Positions 24,794-33,043 of a stretch of DNA of 35,886 nucleotides are shown here, in pieces. Numbering within the stretch: the stretch's first letter is position 1; the number at the start of each line of letters is the position of its first letter. This DNA is from Candidatus Woesearchaeota archaeon (lineage in GTDB: Archaea > Nanobdellota > Nanobdellia > SCGC-AAA011-G17 > JAFCDX01), in NCBI GenBank assembly GCA_018302265.1, contig JAGVZV010000008.1:1-35886 (forward strand), given 5' to 3'. A program made the position numbers and the translations under genes. The notes under the pieces are model-generated. The model did not search any database. It saw nothing but the letters and a program-made list of their open reading frames with translations, and was not told the DNA's origin.

Positions 24794-27109
24794 ATGAGCA
24801 AAACTATAGTATGGTTCAAAGATATTTCTGAGGATGAATTAGAATTAGTTGGTGGAAAAGCCCTTAATCTAGGGGTTATGTACAACTTAAAATTACCTGT
24901 GCCTCCTGGGTTTGTTGTTACAACACAAGCTTATAAACAATTTCTTGAAGAAACAAAATTAGATAAAAAAATATATTCATTATTAAAAAGTCTAGATATC
25001 CAAGATACAGAAAAACTGGAAAAAACAGCAAAACACATACAAGAATTAATGCTAGATAGAGATATTCCAGAAAATATAGCAAATGAAATAAAATTTGCTT
25101 ATGAAAATATTTCTATTGACTTATCCGTGTACAGAACTGCATCCAAAGCAGCATTAGATATAATAAAAGCAGGTCGTGATATTCCCTGGGTTGCTGTTCG
25201 TTCGAGTGCAACTGCCGAGGACAGGCCAGAAGCGAGTTTTGCTGGCCAACAGGAAACTTTTTTGAATATCAAAGGGGGAAATAATATTGTTCGTGCAGTG
25301 CAGAGATGTTGGGCTTCTTTGTTTACTGCAAGGGCAATTTATTACAGGGTAAAAAATAATTTTCTGCATGAAGAAGTTTTGATAGCTGTCGTTATACAAA
25401 AAATGATTGATTCTGAAACATCTGGAGTAATGTTTTCTATTAACCCTGCTACAAACAATAAAAACGAAATCCTAATTGAAGCTGGTTTTGGTTTGGGAGA
25501 GGCAATAGTAGGAGGTCAAATAATTCCTGATATTTATATTGTAGATAAAAATTCTTATGAAATAAGAGATAAAAAAATTTCAATACAAACATGGATGTAT
25601 GCTCGTGATGAAGGGCTTAGAAAAACAACAAAGATTCAACTAAGCCCAACAAAAGCTAAAGAACAAAAATTAACGGAGGATCAGATAGTAAGATTAGCAG
25701 AATTCGGAAAAAAACTAGAAAAACATTATAATAAACCGCAAGATATAGAATATGCTGTTGAACATGGTCGCATCTACATTGTACAAACAAGAGCTGTAAC
25801 AACAGAAGAAAAAGTAAAAAAAGCAAGATCTCATGAAGAGATAAATGCTACTCCAATTCTAATAGGTCTCGGAGCAAGCCCGGGAATTGCATCTGGTGTT
25901 GTTAAAATAGTACATGATATTAATGAATTATCAAAGATACAAAAGGGGGATGTTCTTGTAACTGTAATGACAAATCCAGACTTCGTTGTTGCGATGGAAA
26001 AGGCATGTGCTATAATAACAGACGAGGGAGCAATGACAAGTCATGCTGCTATAGTATCAAGAGAGATGGGAATTCCCTGTGTCACTGGAACGGAAAAAGC
26101 AACAAAAATATTCACAGATGGAATGATTATAACTGTTGATGGAACTAATGGTAAAATTTATAAAGGAAATCCAGAATTAGAGGAAATACAAAAAGAAAAG
26201 ATTGAATATCCTTACAAGGAAACAAAAACTAAGATTTATATGAATCTTGGAGAGCCTGATAAGATTGATGATTATAAAGATTTATACTTTGATGGCATTG
26301 GTTTAATGCGATTGGAGTTTGTAATTGCAAATAAAGTTGGAGAGCATCCAAATTATTTGATAAGAACAGGACAGCAAAGAAAATATGTTGATGAATTATA
26401 TGAAGGAATTAAAAAAGTAGCTTCAAATATTGAAGGGAAACCAGTAATTGTAAGATTCTCAGATTTCAAGACAAATGAATACAAGGATCTGAAAGGAGGA
26501 GATGAATTTGAGCCACACGAAGAAAATCCAATGATTGGCTGGCGCGGTGTTTCAAGATATACCAGCGATGAATTCAAGGACGCTTTTAAACTGGAGTGCA
26601 AAGCAATTAAAAAAGTGCGCGAGGAATTCAAGAATGTTCATATCATGCTTCCATTTGTAAGAACTATAAAAGAGGTTAACAAATGCATAGAAATAATGAA
26701 GGAAGCTGGATTGGAGAAGAATGAAAAATTTAAGATATTCTTAATGGCAGAGGTTCCTTCAATGGCACTTATCCCGGAAGAATTTGCAGAACTGGATATA
26801 GACGGAGTTTCTATCGGAAGCAATGATTTAACACAATTATGTCTTGGTGTTGATCGTGATTCATCCAGATTGGGAAGAATGGGTTATTTTGATGAAAGAA
26901 ACCACGCAGTATTAAAAGCAATACATAATATTATTTCTGTATTCAAAGAAAAAGGAAAAACTGTCTCGCTGTGCGGACAGGCTGCATCAGAGTATAAAGA
27001 ATTTGTTGAATTTTTGGTAAAGGAAGGAATCGATTCTGTCTCAGTAAATCCGGATGTTGTTAATAAAGTAAGATTTGATGTTTACGATGTAGAAAATAGC
27101 AAAGCTTGA
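24794..27109 (+). CDS. ppsA: Phosphoenolpyruvate synthase (pyruvate, water dikinase)
   Basis: N-terminal ATP-grasp (GGKALNLG), phospho-His swivel motif GAMTSHAAIVSREMGIPCV, and a C-terminal PEP-utilising barrel (GVSIGSNDLTQL). Confidence 0.95.
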   Translation: MSKTIVWFKDISEDELELVGGKALNLGVMYNLKLPVPPGFVVTTQAYKQFLEETKLDKKIYSLLKSLDIQDTEKLEKTAKHIQELMLDRDIPENIANEIKFAYENISIDLSVYRTASKAALDIIKAGRDIPWVAVRSSATAEDRPEASFAGQQETFLNIKGGNNIVRAVQRCWASLFTARAIYYRVKNNFLHEEVLIAVVIQKMIDSETSGVMFSINPATNNKNEILIEAGFGLGEAIVGGQIIPDIYIVDKNSYEIRDKKISIQTWMYARDEGLRKTTKIQLSPTKAKEQKLTEDQIVRLAEFGKKLEKHYNKPQDIEYAVEHGRIYIVQTRAVTTEEKVKKARSHEEINATPILIGLGASPGIASGVVKIVHDINELSKIQKGDVLVTVMTNPDFVVAMEKACAIITDEGAMTSHAAIVSREMGIPCVTGTEKATKIFTDGMIITVDGTNGKIYKGNPELEEIQKEKIEYPYKETKTKIYMNLGEPDKIDDYKDLYFDGIGLMRLEFVIANKVGEHPNYLIRTGQQRKYVDELYEGIKKVASNIEGKPVIVRFSDFKTNEYKDLKGGDEFEPHEENPMIGWRGVSRYTSDEFKDAFKLECKAIKKVREEFKNVHIMLPFVRTIKEVNKCIEIMKEAGLEKNEKFKIFLMAEVPSMALIPEEFAELDIDGVSIGSNDLTQLCLGVDRDSSRLGRMGYFDERNHAVLKAIHNIISVFKEKGKTVSLCGQAASEYKEFVEFLVKEGIDSVSVNPDVVNKVRFDVYDVENSKA

Positions 27110-27125
27110 TTACCATCTAAAAAGT

Positions 27126-27488
27126 TTAATCCATTCTTTGTAATCTCCATATTCCTCCATTAAAATGGCTTCTGCCTTTGTTTTTTACGAAACCCATTTT
27201 CTTTAAACTTAATGTTCCAGACTTATTACCTTTTATATGTGATCGGATAGAATTAGAAGTTATATTTAGAATATTTGATAATTCTTCATGCAGTTTTAAT
27301 AAATTATTAACTAAATTTTCTTCAAATTTGATAACATAATTCTTTTTTGTTTTTCCTTTTCTTGCTTTCTTCCAAGATTTAACAAGATTGCTTATAGAAA
27401 AAACTTCTTGGTAAGGGTGTTCATTATTCATAAAAAATGTTCTGTTAGCCAAAACTATTCCAAACAAAGAACCATAATCAAGGTCCAA
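27126..27488 (-). pseudogene. Truncated DGR-type RT remnant
   Basis: NNEHPYQEVFSISNLVKSWKKARKGKTKKNYVIKFEENLVNNLLKLHEELS parallels the first ~55 aa of the RT at 12540-13583 (YSYNNLLLAFKKARKGKTKKDYVIQFKYNLKENLLRLQERLL). Similarity then stops. All catalytic motifs, including YxDD, are absent. Confidence 0.7.
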
Positions 27489-27536
27489 GTACCTGTAGTC
27501 GCCATAGAAATCAGACCTGTTACCATAGTCAATCCT
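27460..27536 (-). repeat. TR-like repeat of the second (decayed) DGR-like locus
   Basis: A 77-nt segment directly upstream of, and running into, the RT remnant. It aligns to 27739-27812 with a 3-nt indel. The ends are identical (CCAAACAAAGAACCA ... AATCCT). Confidence 0.55.
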
Positions 27537-27599
27537 AAAATTGGCGTGTAGCTCTGGCTAAACCAGAACAAATTATTTTAGAATTTGAATTTAAAAGAC

Positions 27600-28357
27600 T
27601 TACTCTTGGTATAATTTACGTATTCTACACTCAAAATCGTTTCTTGAAGCATCTGGAACAAATGGTTTGGATACTTCTAATATTTGCTTTAAAGTAGGGC
27701 TTACAAGTTTTTGCGTGGCTTCGCCATCTTCTAATACCCCAAACAAAGAACCACTAACACCGCCCAAGTCCCTGTCGCCGCCATCGAAAGCAGACCAGCC
27801 ACAGCCAATCCTACGAAGCCAAAGTGCTATTGAATAGTCTTCCGTTCTAACTTCTGGAAGACAAAATGTTACTTCTTGGATTTCTGCGTTGTTTCTTAAA
27901 AATAATCCATATTGATTAGCCACTTCTTTTCCTTGAGCTAGATATACAATTCCCTTGTCATCTGAAAAACAGTCTGTAGGAACATTATGAGTTGTTAACT
28001 GCCCAAGGTCTAAAACTCTTTTCTTAGATATTGACTTTTTGGAATCCTTTTCTGCTACTTCTAAAAGCACATCTCTTGCTGGCTTACCATCAAGCAAGAT
28101 ATCCTTTGTTAGTAAAAATTTATTATTATTTTCATGTAAATCTACTGCTCTTTGAGCATATTTAATTAAAGGATTGTATTCTGCTCTGGCAGCTAAAACT
28201 CTTCCATCAACAACATTAAAATTTTCTGAAAACCAAGCTCCATTTTTACAAGCATCAGAATTACGTATAGCATTCCTTCTTTAGCTGTTGCAAATCTTTG
28301 ATTGCCTGATTGTTTAAGGCAATGCGCAAAATTTCCATTATACCGTTGCAGTTTCAT
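27600..28357 (-). pseudogene. Putative former DGR target gene of the second locus, apparently frameshifted near its 5' end
   Basis: ORF 27600-28097 stays open upstream without a start codon to 28280 (RRNAIRNSDACKNGAWFSENFNVVDGRVLAARAEY...). The ATGs at 28357 and 28338 are in the two other frames. It contains a VR-like segment (WLRRIGCGWSAFDGGDRDLGGVSGSLFG). Confidence 0.45.
27739..27812 (-). repeat. VR-like repeat inside the 27600-28357 gene
   Basis: 74 nt matching 27460-27536. The differences are clustered but not restricted to adenines (several T-to-G changes in tat/tac codons). Confidence 0.55.
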
Positions 28358-28379
28358 GCTAATCTCATGATAATTACTT

Positions 28380-28422
28380 GTTTATAAATCTTTCTATTGT
28401 TGTTATTTTAAAGAAGTAACAT
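28380..28422 (-). promoter_or_regulatory. Promoter-like block homologous to 19436-19480
   Basis: Minus strand ATGTTACTTCTTTAAAATAACAACAATAGAAAGATTTATAAAC. The TATA-like ATTTATAAAC lies about 25 nt upstream of ATG 28357. Confidence 0.4.
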
Positions 28423-28503
28423 AATCTGCTAGATAAAACTAATAGACTTAAAAAACCTTTATAAACTTCTTCTAATTGAACTTAATAAAAGGAGGTGCAT
28501 AAA

Positions 28504-28713
28504 ATGTTGGAAACACTTGCTTTGCTTGGAACAGGCTTTTTAGCATTGATCATAGTCCTGTCTATATGGGAAGCTATATGGAAAGGCTTTGGTATGTGGA
28601 GATCTGCAAGAAACGGGCATTTAGTATGGTTCGTATGCATACTAGTCCTAAATACTATTGGAATACTGCCAATAATCTACTTGTTGCTGCATCCAAAAAA
28701 GAAAAGAAAGTAA
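28504..28713 (+). CDS. Small two-TM membrane protein
   Basis: Two hydrophobic helices and a basic tail (KKKRK). GGAGGTG lies 6 nt upstream of ATG 28504. The track start GTG 28495 falls inside that Shine-Dalgarno-like sequence. Confidence 0.6.
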   Translation: MLETLALLGTGFLALIIVLSIWEAIWKGFGMWRSARNGHLVWFVCILVLNTIGILPIIYLLLHPKKKRK

Positions 28714-28741
28714 TTTAAACTAATTCTTTTTTTATTTTTAT

Positions 28742-29389
28742 ATGGATAATATCTCTGATGTAATGGATATTTTATTGAAAAGATACAGGAAACATAGACA
28801 GCCAACAATAAGAAGAACCTCTAAAGAGAATAGTCCTTTCAAGGTTTTAATAACTTGTTTACTATCTCTAAGAACGCAGGATAAAAACACAGAAATAGCA
28901 TCTGATAATTTATTTCAGCATGTTAAAAAATCAGAAGATATAATAAAAATGCCTGTTAAAAAACTTGAAAAATTAATCTATTCTTCAGGTCATTATAAAA
29001 AGAAGGCAAGAACAATAAAGCATGTTACCAGAGAAATAATTTCCAGATTCAATAATAAAGTTCCTTCAAATAAAGAGGATTTATTATCCATAAAAGGAAT
29101 TGGACCAAAAACAGCAAATATTGTATTAAGTTTCGCTTACGGAAAAATGGTCTTGCCAATTGATACTCATTGCCACCACATTCCCAATCGATTAGGGTGG
29201 GTGAAAACTAAAACTCCAGAGCAAACAGAGAAAGAACTTGAAAAGATTTTGCCTAAAAAATACTGGAAAGAGTTCAATACAACAATAATCTTGTTTGGTA
29301 AATCAATTTGTTTGCCTATTTCACCAAAGTGCTCTATCTGTCCTGTATTTAGGTACTGCAAAAAAATAGGAGTGACGATATCAAGGTAA
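28742..29389 (+). CDS. nth: Endonuclease III (HhH-GPD DNA glycosylase)
   Basis: LLSLRTQD, HhH IKGIGPKTANIVL, D in PIDTH, and a C-terminal Fe-S cluster loop CLPISPKCSICPVFRYC. Confidence 0.9.
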   Translation: MDNISDVMDILLKRYRKHRQPTIRRTSKENSPFKVLITCLLSLRTQDKNTEIASDNLFQHVKKSEDIIKMPVKKLEKLIYSSGHYKKKARTIKHVTREIISRFNNKVPSNKEDLLSIKGIGPKTANIVLSFAYGKMVLPIDTHCHHIPNRLGWVKTKTPEQTEKELEKILPKKYWKEFNTTIILFGKSICLPISPKCSICPVFRYCKKIGVTISR

Positions 29390-29405
29390 GAAGAATAGAA
29401 CAATT

Positions 29406-29876
29406 TTATATTTTATTCCAAGGGGGAGCATATTTAATATACCCTTTTTGTATTTTCCCTTTTAATTTTTTAAATCCTGGCTTTATTATTTTTCTGCAAT
29501 TTTTTGATCCACACCTGCACTTCATCATCCAGATATCTGCTGGATTGGAATCAATAGTATAATCGCATGTAATCTCTTGTCCTTTTTTTATAGGTTTTAT
29601 AGATATTAGTTGCTCGTTATAGATGTTTGCATGCTTGAAATAAGAATTTGGGTCACATGAATGATTGATATATCGCTCCGGAGACTTCATGATGGAATAT
29701 TTATTAGAACCAACATAGCTCATGTGATTTTGGTAGTGATAAGACACGGAAGAGGCTTCTTTTTCTGATAGCAGATTATTATGCTTTATTTTTAAGATAG
29801 TTTTTCCCTTCCTAAAATTTTTTCCGGCAAAAACCCCCTTCCCTTTCTTTCCTATATTTTTGATGACAATATTCAT
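29406..29876 (-). CDS. SET-domain protein (putative lysine methyltransferase)
   Basis: GKGVFA, INHSCDPNS, EITCDY and post-SET CRCGSKNCR. Confidence 0.8.
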   Translation of the reverse strand: MNIVIKNIGKKGKGVFAGKNFRKGKTILKIKHNNLLSEKEASSVSYHYQNHMSYVGSNKYSIMKSPERYINHSCDPNSYFKHANIYNEQLISIKPIKKGQEITCDYTIDSNPADIWMMKCRCGSKNCRKIIKPGFKKLKGKIQKGYIKYAPPWNKI

Positions 29877-31055
29877 TTAATGGATATAACCCCATGTATG
29901 CAGCCTATCACTATCAGTGCTCCATTTATCTCCTATATCAGTCCTGTAATACATGTTTTGTATAAGTATGTTCTTAATACGGTTATATGTCTGCTTTCTT
30001 GCATCTTCAACTGTAATGCCTGATCCAGTAACAACCAATAAATAACCAGAGTCTATTGCTAGGTACCAATCACCATCAACCATCTTTATGTCCCCAAGAT
30101 GAATGCCCTCCAAGTTAGGTTTTTTGAATATGATTGAACATTCACTGTAAATTTCAAATTCTTTTTTGTCCTTGTAAGGCCATGGTGGAACACCAACTAC
30201 AACCCCTATCTGAAATCCTCTTTTTGTTTTAAGTGTAAAACTTTCCCCTCTAGCAAGCTTCCATAACCACTCACCTACCGGAGTTAAAATCCCCTCTAAT
30301 TGTATTGATATTGTTGGATAACCAAATCTGCAGGTCCATTCCAATGGGTATATTCCATTCCCATTTGCAATACAATTGATATCGATATAACCAACATAAT
30401 TGCATGCAGCCAGAGAATCCTTCATCTTTTCTAAAGTCAGTTTAAATATATTATTTGGCTCGCTCCAGTACATTAAAGTGCCTTGCTCCCCTGTATTTGG
30501 TCCTATGTCCCCAGGAAATAATCTTTTGTGCTCAAAATTTACATTGATGGGGTAAATAAAATCCTTTCCGTTAAAAAACGCGCCTACTGCTATCTCAACG
30601 CCCTGTGCATATTTTTGCAACTGGAATTTTTTAATCTTTTTAGACCAGGTTTTTTTGTTATGCTCAAGTATTTCTATTAAATCCTCCCCTGTATCCTCTT
30701 GACCGATAAACAAAATGCCTTTTTGGTCTGCAGTTATTGTACCTGATGGTTTGAATACATAACGCCCCTTATTTTCTTTGATAAATGTTATTGCATCATC
30801 AAAATCTGCAAAATCCCAATGAGGCAGTATCAACATTCCGGCTTTTTTCATCTCATCCTGCCCAAACTCTCTGTCCTCTTCTAATTTATCTGTATACTCG
30901 CTACATCCGATTACAAGCTTTCCTGGCTTACGCAATAAATCTGCAATCTTACCAAAACCAGCGTCGTCAAAAATTATTACGTCCGCCCAATCCTTATAAT
31001 CCTCCCAATTATCCACTTTATCAATGAAACCATCGTAAACTACTTTATCCTCCAC
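29877..31055 (-). CDS. PurD-like ATP-grasp protein (phosphoribosylamine-glycine ligase family); 5' end uncertain
   Basis: EHKRLFPGDIGPNTGEQGT matches the PurD DHKR..DGD.GPNTGGMG region. The frame stays open upstream of the GTG at 31055 to at least 31151, encoding KKFLFISWEALSGDLAWKVKQEGHEVKFYTRN. This resembles the PurD N-terminus but has no ATG/GTG/TTG. Confidence 0.65.
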   Translation of the reverse strand: MEDKVVYDGFIDKVDNWEDYKDWADVIIFDDAGFGKIADLLRKPGKLVIGCSEYTDKLEEDREFGQDEMKKAGMLILPHWDFADFDDAITFIKENKGRYVFKPSGTITADQKGILFIGQEDTGEDLIEILEHNKKTWSKKIKKFQLQKYAQGVEIAVGAFFNGKDFIYPINVNFEHKRLFPGDIGPNTGEQGTLMYWSEPNNIFKLTLEKMKDSLAACNYVGYIDINCIANGNGIYPLEWTCRFGYPTISIQLEGILTPVGEWLWKLARGESFTLKTKRGFQIGVVVGVPPWPYKDKKEFEIYSECSIIFKKPNLEGIHLGDIKMVDGDWYLAIDSGYLLVVTGSGITVEDARKQTYNRIKNILIQNMYYRTDIGDKWSTDSDRLHTWGYIH

Positions 31056-31193
31056 ATTTCTTGTATAAAATTTTACTTCGTGCCCCTCTTGTTTGACTTT
31101 CCATGCCAGATCCCCGCTTAGGGCCTCCCAAGAAATAAATAAAAACTTTTTAGGAACAAAGTTTAAATTATTTCTTCTATTTTTAAAACAAGG

Positions 31194-32147
31194 ATGATAT
31201 CACAAAAAGACAGAGAATTACTGGAGAAGCAGCATTATGCAGTAATAGGAAACCACAGCGCATCAAAGATGTGCTCGTGGACAAAAAAATCCATAAAAAA
31301 TGAGGGTGTTTGTTACAAAGAAAAATTCTATGGTATAAAATCACATCGTTGTTGTCAGATGACTCCTTGCCTGGCCTGCACAAATTCATGCTTGTTCTGC
31401 TGGAGAAATGTAACACAGAATACCTCCTCTGGATGGAAAGATGAATGGAAAGCAGATGATCCTGAATTTATTATAGAAGAGTGCATAAAATCACAAAAAA
31501 AATTAATTTCTGGCTTGGGCGGGTTGAAGGAGACAAACAAAACAAAATTCAGGGAGGCACAAGAGCCTATGAACTTTGCTATCTCCCTAACTGGAGAACC
31601 AACTTTATATCCAAAATTAAGTGGATTAATCAGGTCATTGCATAAAAAAGGAAAAACTACTTTTCTTGTAACAAACGGTTTGTTTCCGGAGGTAATTAAA
31701 AATCTAGAGATGCCGACCCAGTTATATATTTCATTGGATGCTCCTAATGAAGAGATATACACAAAAATTGATAATTCATTGATCGACGATGCCTGGAGCA
31801 GATTAAATAAGACACTGAGCTTATTAAAAAATCTAAAGACCAGAACAGCCATAAGATTGACGTTGGTAAAAAAATTAAACATGTGCAACCCCAAGGATTA
31901 TGGAATACTAATTGACCGTGCTTCTCCCATGTTTGTTGAGGTAAAGGGGTTTATGAATCTCGGTTGTTCAAGAAGCAGATTAAAATGGGAACAAATGCCA
32001 ACATTCCAAGAGGTAAAAGAATTTGCAAAATCCCTAGAAAAATATTCTTCATACAAAATAAGAGACGAGCAAGAGGCTTCAAGGGTTGTGCTAATGATGA
32101 GGAAGGGCTTCATGGAGAGAAAATTAACTGTGCAGAGTATAAAATAA
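31194..32147 (+). CDS. taw1: tRNA 4-demethylwyosine synthase (Taw1/TYW1, radical SAM)
   Basis: An auxiliary-cluster Cys region (HSASKMCSWTKKSIKNEGVCYK) and a radical-SAM CxxxCxxC (CTNSCLFCWR). Size typical of archaeal Taw1. Confidence 0.85.
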   Translation: MISQKDRELLEKQHYAVIGNHSASKMCSWTKKSIKNEGVCYKEKFYGIKSHRCCQMTPCLACTNSCLFCWRNVTQNTSSGWKDEWKADDPEFIIEECIKSQKKLISGLGGLKETNKTKFREAQEPMNFAISLTGEPTLYPKLSGLIRSLHKKGKTTFLVTNGLFPEVIKNLEMPTQLYISLDAPNEEIYTKIDNSLIDDAWSRLNKTLSLLKNLKTRTAIRLTLVKKLNMCNPKDYGILIDRASPMFVEVKGFMNLGCSRSRLKWEQMPTFQEVKEFAKSLEKYSSYKIRDEQEASRVVLMMRKGFMERKLTVQSIK

Positions 32148-32235
32148 TAAAAATCACTTGGGATATAAATCTTAATAAATGAGACTCATTTAAAATGTGC
32201 ATAGATAATTTTAAATATGAATATAAGTCTTATTA

Positions 32236-33043
32236 TTGAAAATGGCATATTCAGAAAATGCAGATGTGATAATTATTGAAGCAAATTACGACAGAACATC
32301 TTCATATGGAAAGGGTTCTAACAAAGCACCAAAAGCAATTAAGAAAATTTTTGACAACCAAATTGAAATTTATGAGAGAATTACAGGATTAAACCCGGCT
32401 GAAGATCTTAGAATCGAATTTCAGGATTTGGGAGATCTAAACACATTATCTCCTGAAAAAATGGTCAGTAAAATAAAAAAAGTGTTTAAAAATTTATATA
32501 AAAAAAATAAATTTATTATTACACTGGGGGGAGAGCATTCTATTACAAACGGGCCTCTTGAAGCAATAAGCGAATTAAGCAAGTCTTCAGATATCACGGT
32601 AGTGCAGATTGATGCGCATTTTGATTTAAGGCCAGATGATTCAGATTATAGTCCAAGACCATGGGGAAAATACAAGAACTTATCATGGTAAATTAGAATT
32701 AGAATTTGCCAAAAATAATAATATAAAGTTCTTTGAGTGGGGAAAAGATGGAGATCCAAGAATAAAAAATATAATAAAAGCTATCCCAACAAAGAATGTT
32801 TATTTGACAATAGATGTGGACGGATTTGACCCATCTGTAATGCCCTCAACAGGAACTCCTGTTCCAGATGGAATACAATGGAGATATGGCATGAATCTAT
32901 TAAAAGAGATTTTTAATTCAAAAAATGTGATAGCAGCGGATATAGCAGAAGTCATACCTGAAAGAAGCACAACCTACAATGCAGCCCAATTATTGTATTA
33001 TTTGATAGCACTAAAGCAAAAGGATATTCTTGCAAAAAAATAA
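32236..33043 (+). pseudogene. speB: Agmatinase/arginase-family gene split by a +1 frame change (ORFs 32236-32691 and 32636-33043)
   Basis: Part 1 has GGEHSIT and QIDAHFDLR. Part 2 has TIDVDGFDPSVMPSTGTP and ADIAEVIPE. The frames overlap at 32636-32691. The segment normally between the SH(A/G) and GIRS regions looks shortened. Confidence 0.7.

Noticed and set aside
28295-28324. BHB-like hairpin (UUUG/CAAA helix, CGC bulge, 7-bp AUUGCCU/AGGCAAU stem) in the 5' region of the second-locus target, considered as another mRNA intron
   Set aside because: The same cleavage rule would remove 30 nt. That is in frame and does not repair the frame break. The outer helix is essentially absent.
29877-31055. 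PurD-like gene as evidence for de novo purine biosynthesis
   Set aside because: It is a single isolated pur-like gene with a degenerate N-terminal loop, so no pathway inference is justified from this window.
32660-32700. Search for a BHB intron explaining the agmatinase frame change (ACCAUG...CAUGGU 6-bp pairing)
   Set aside because: There are no opposed 3-nt bulges, and no excision of 3n+1 nt restores conserved sequence. An indel or deletion is the simpler explanation.
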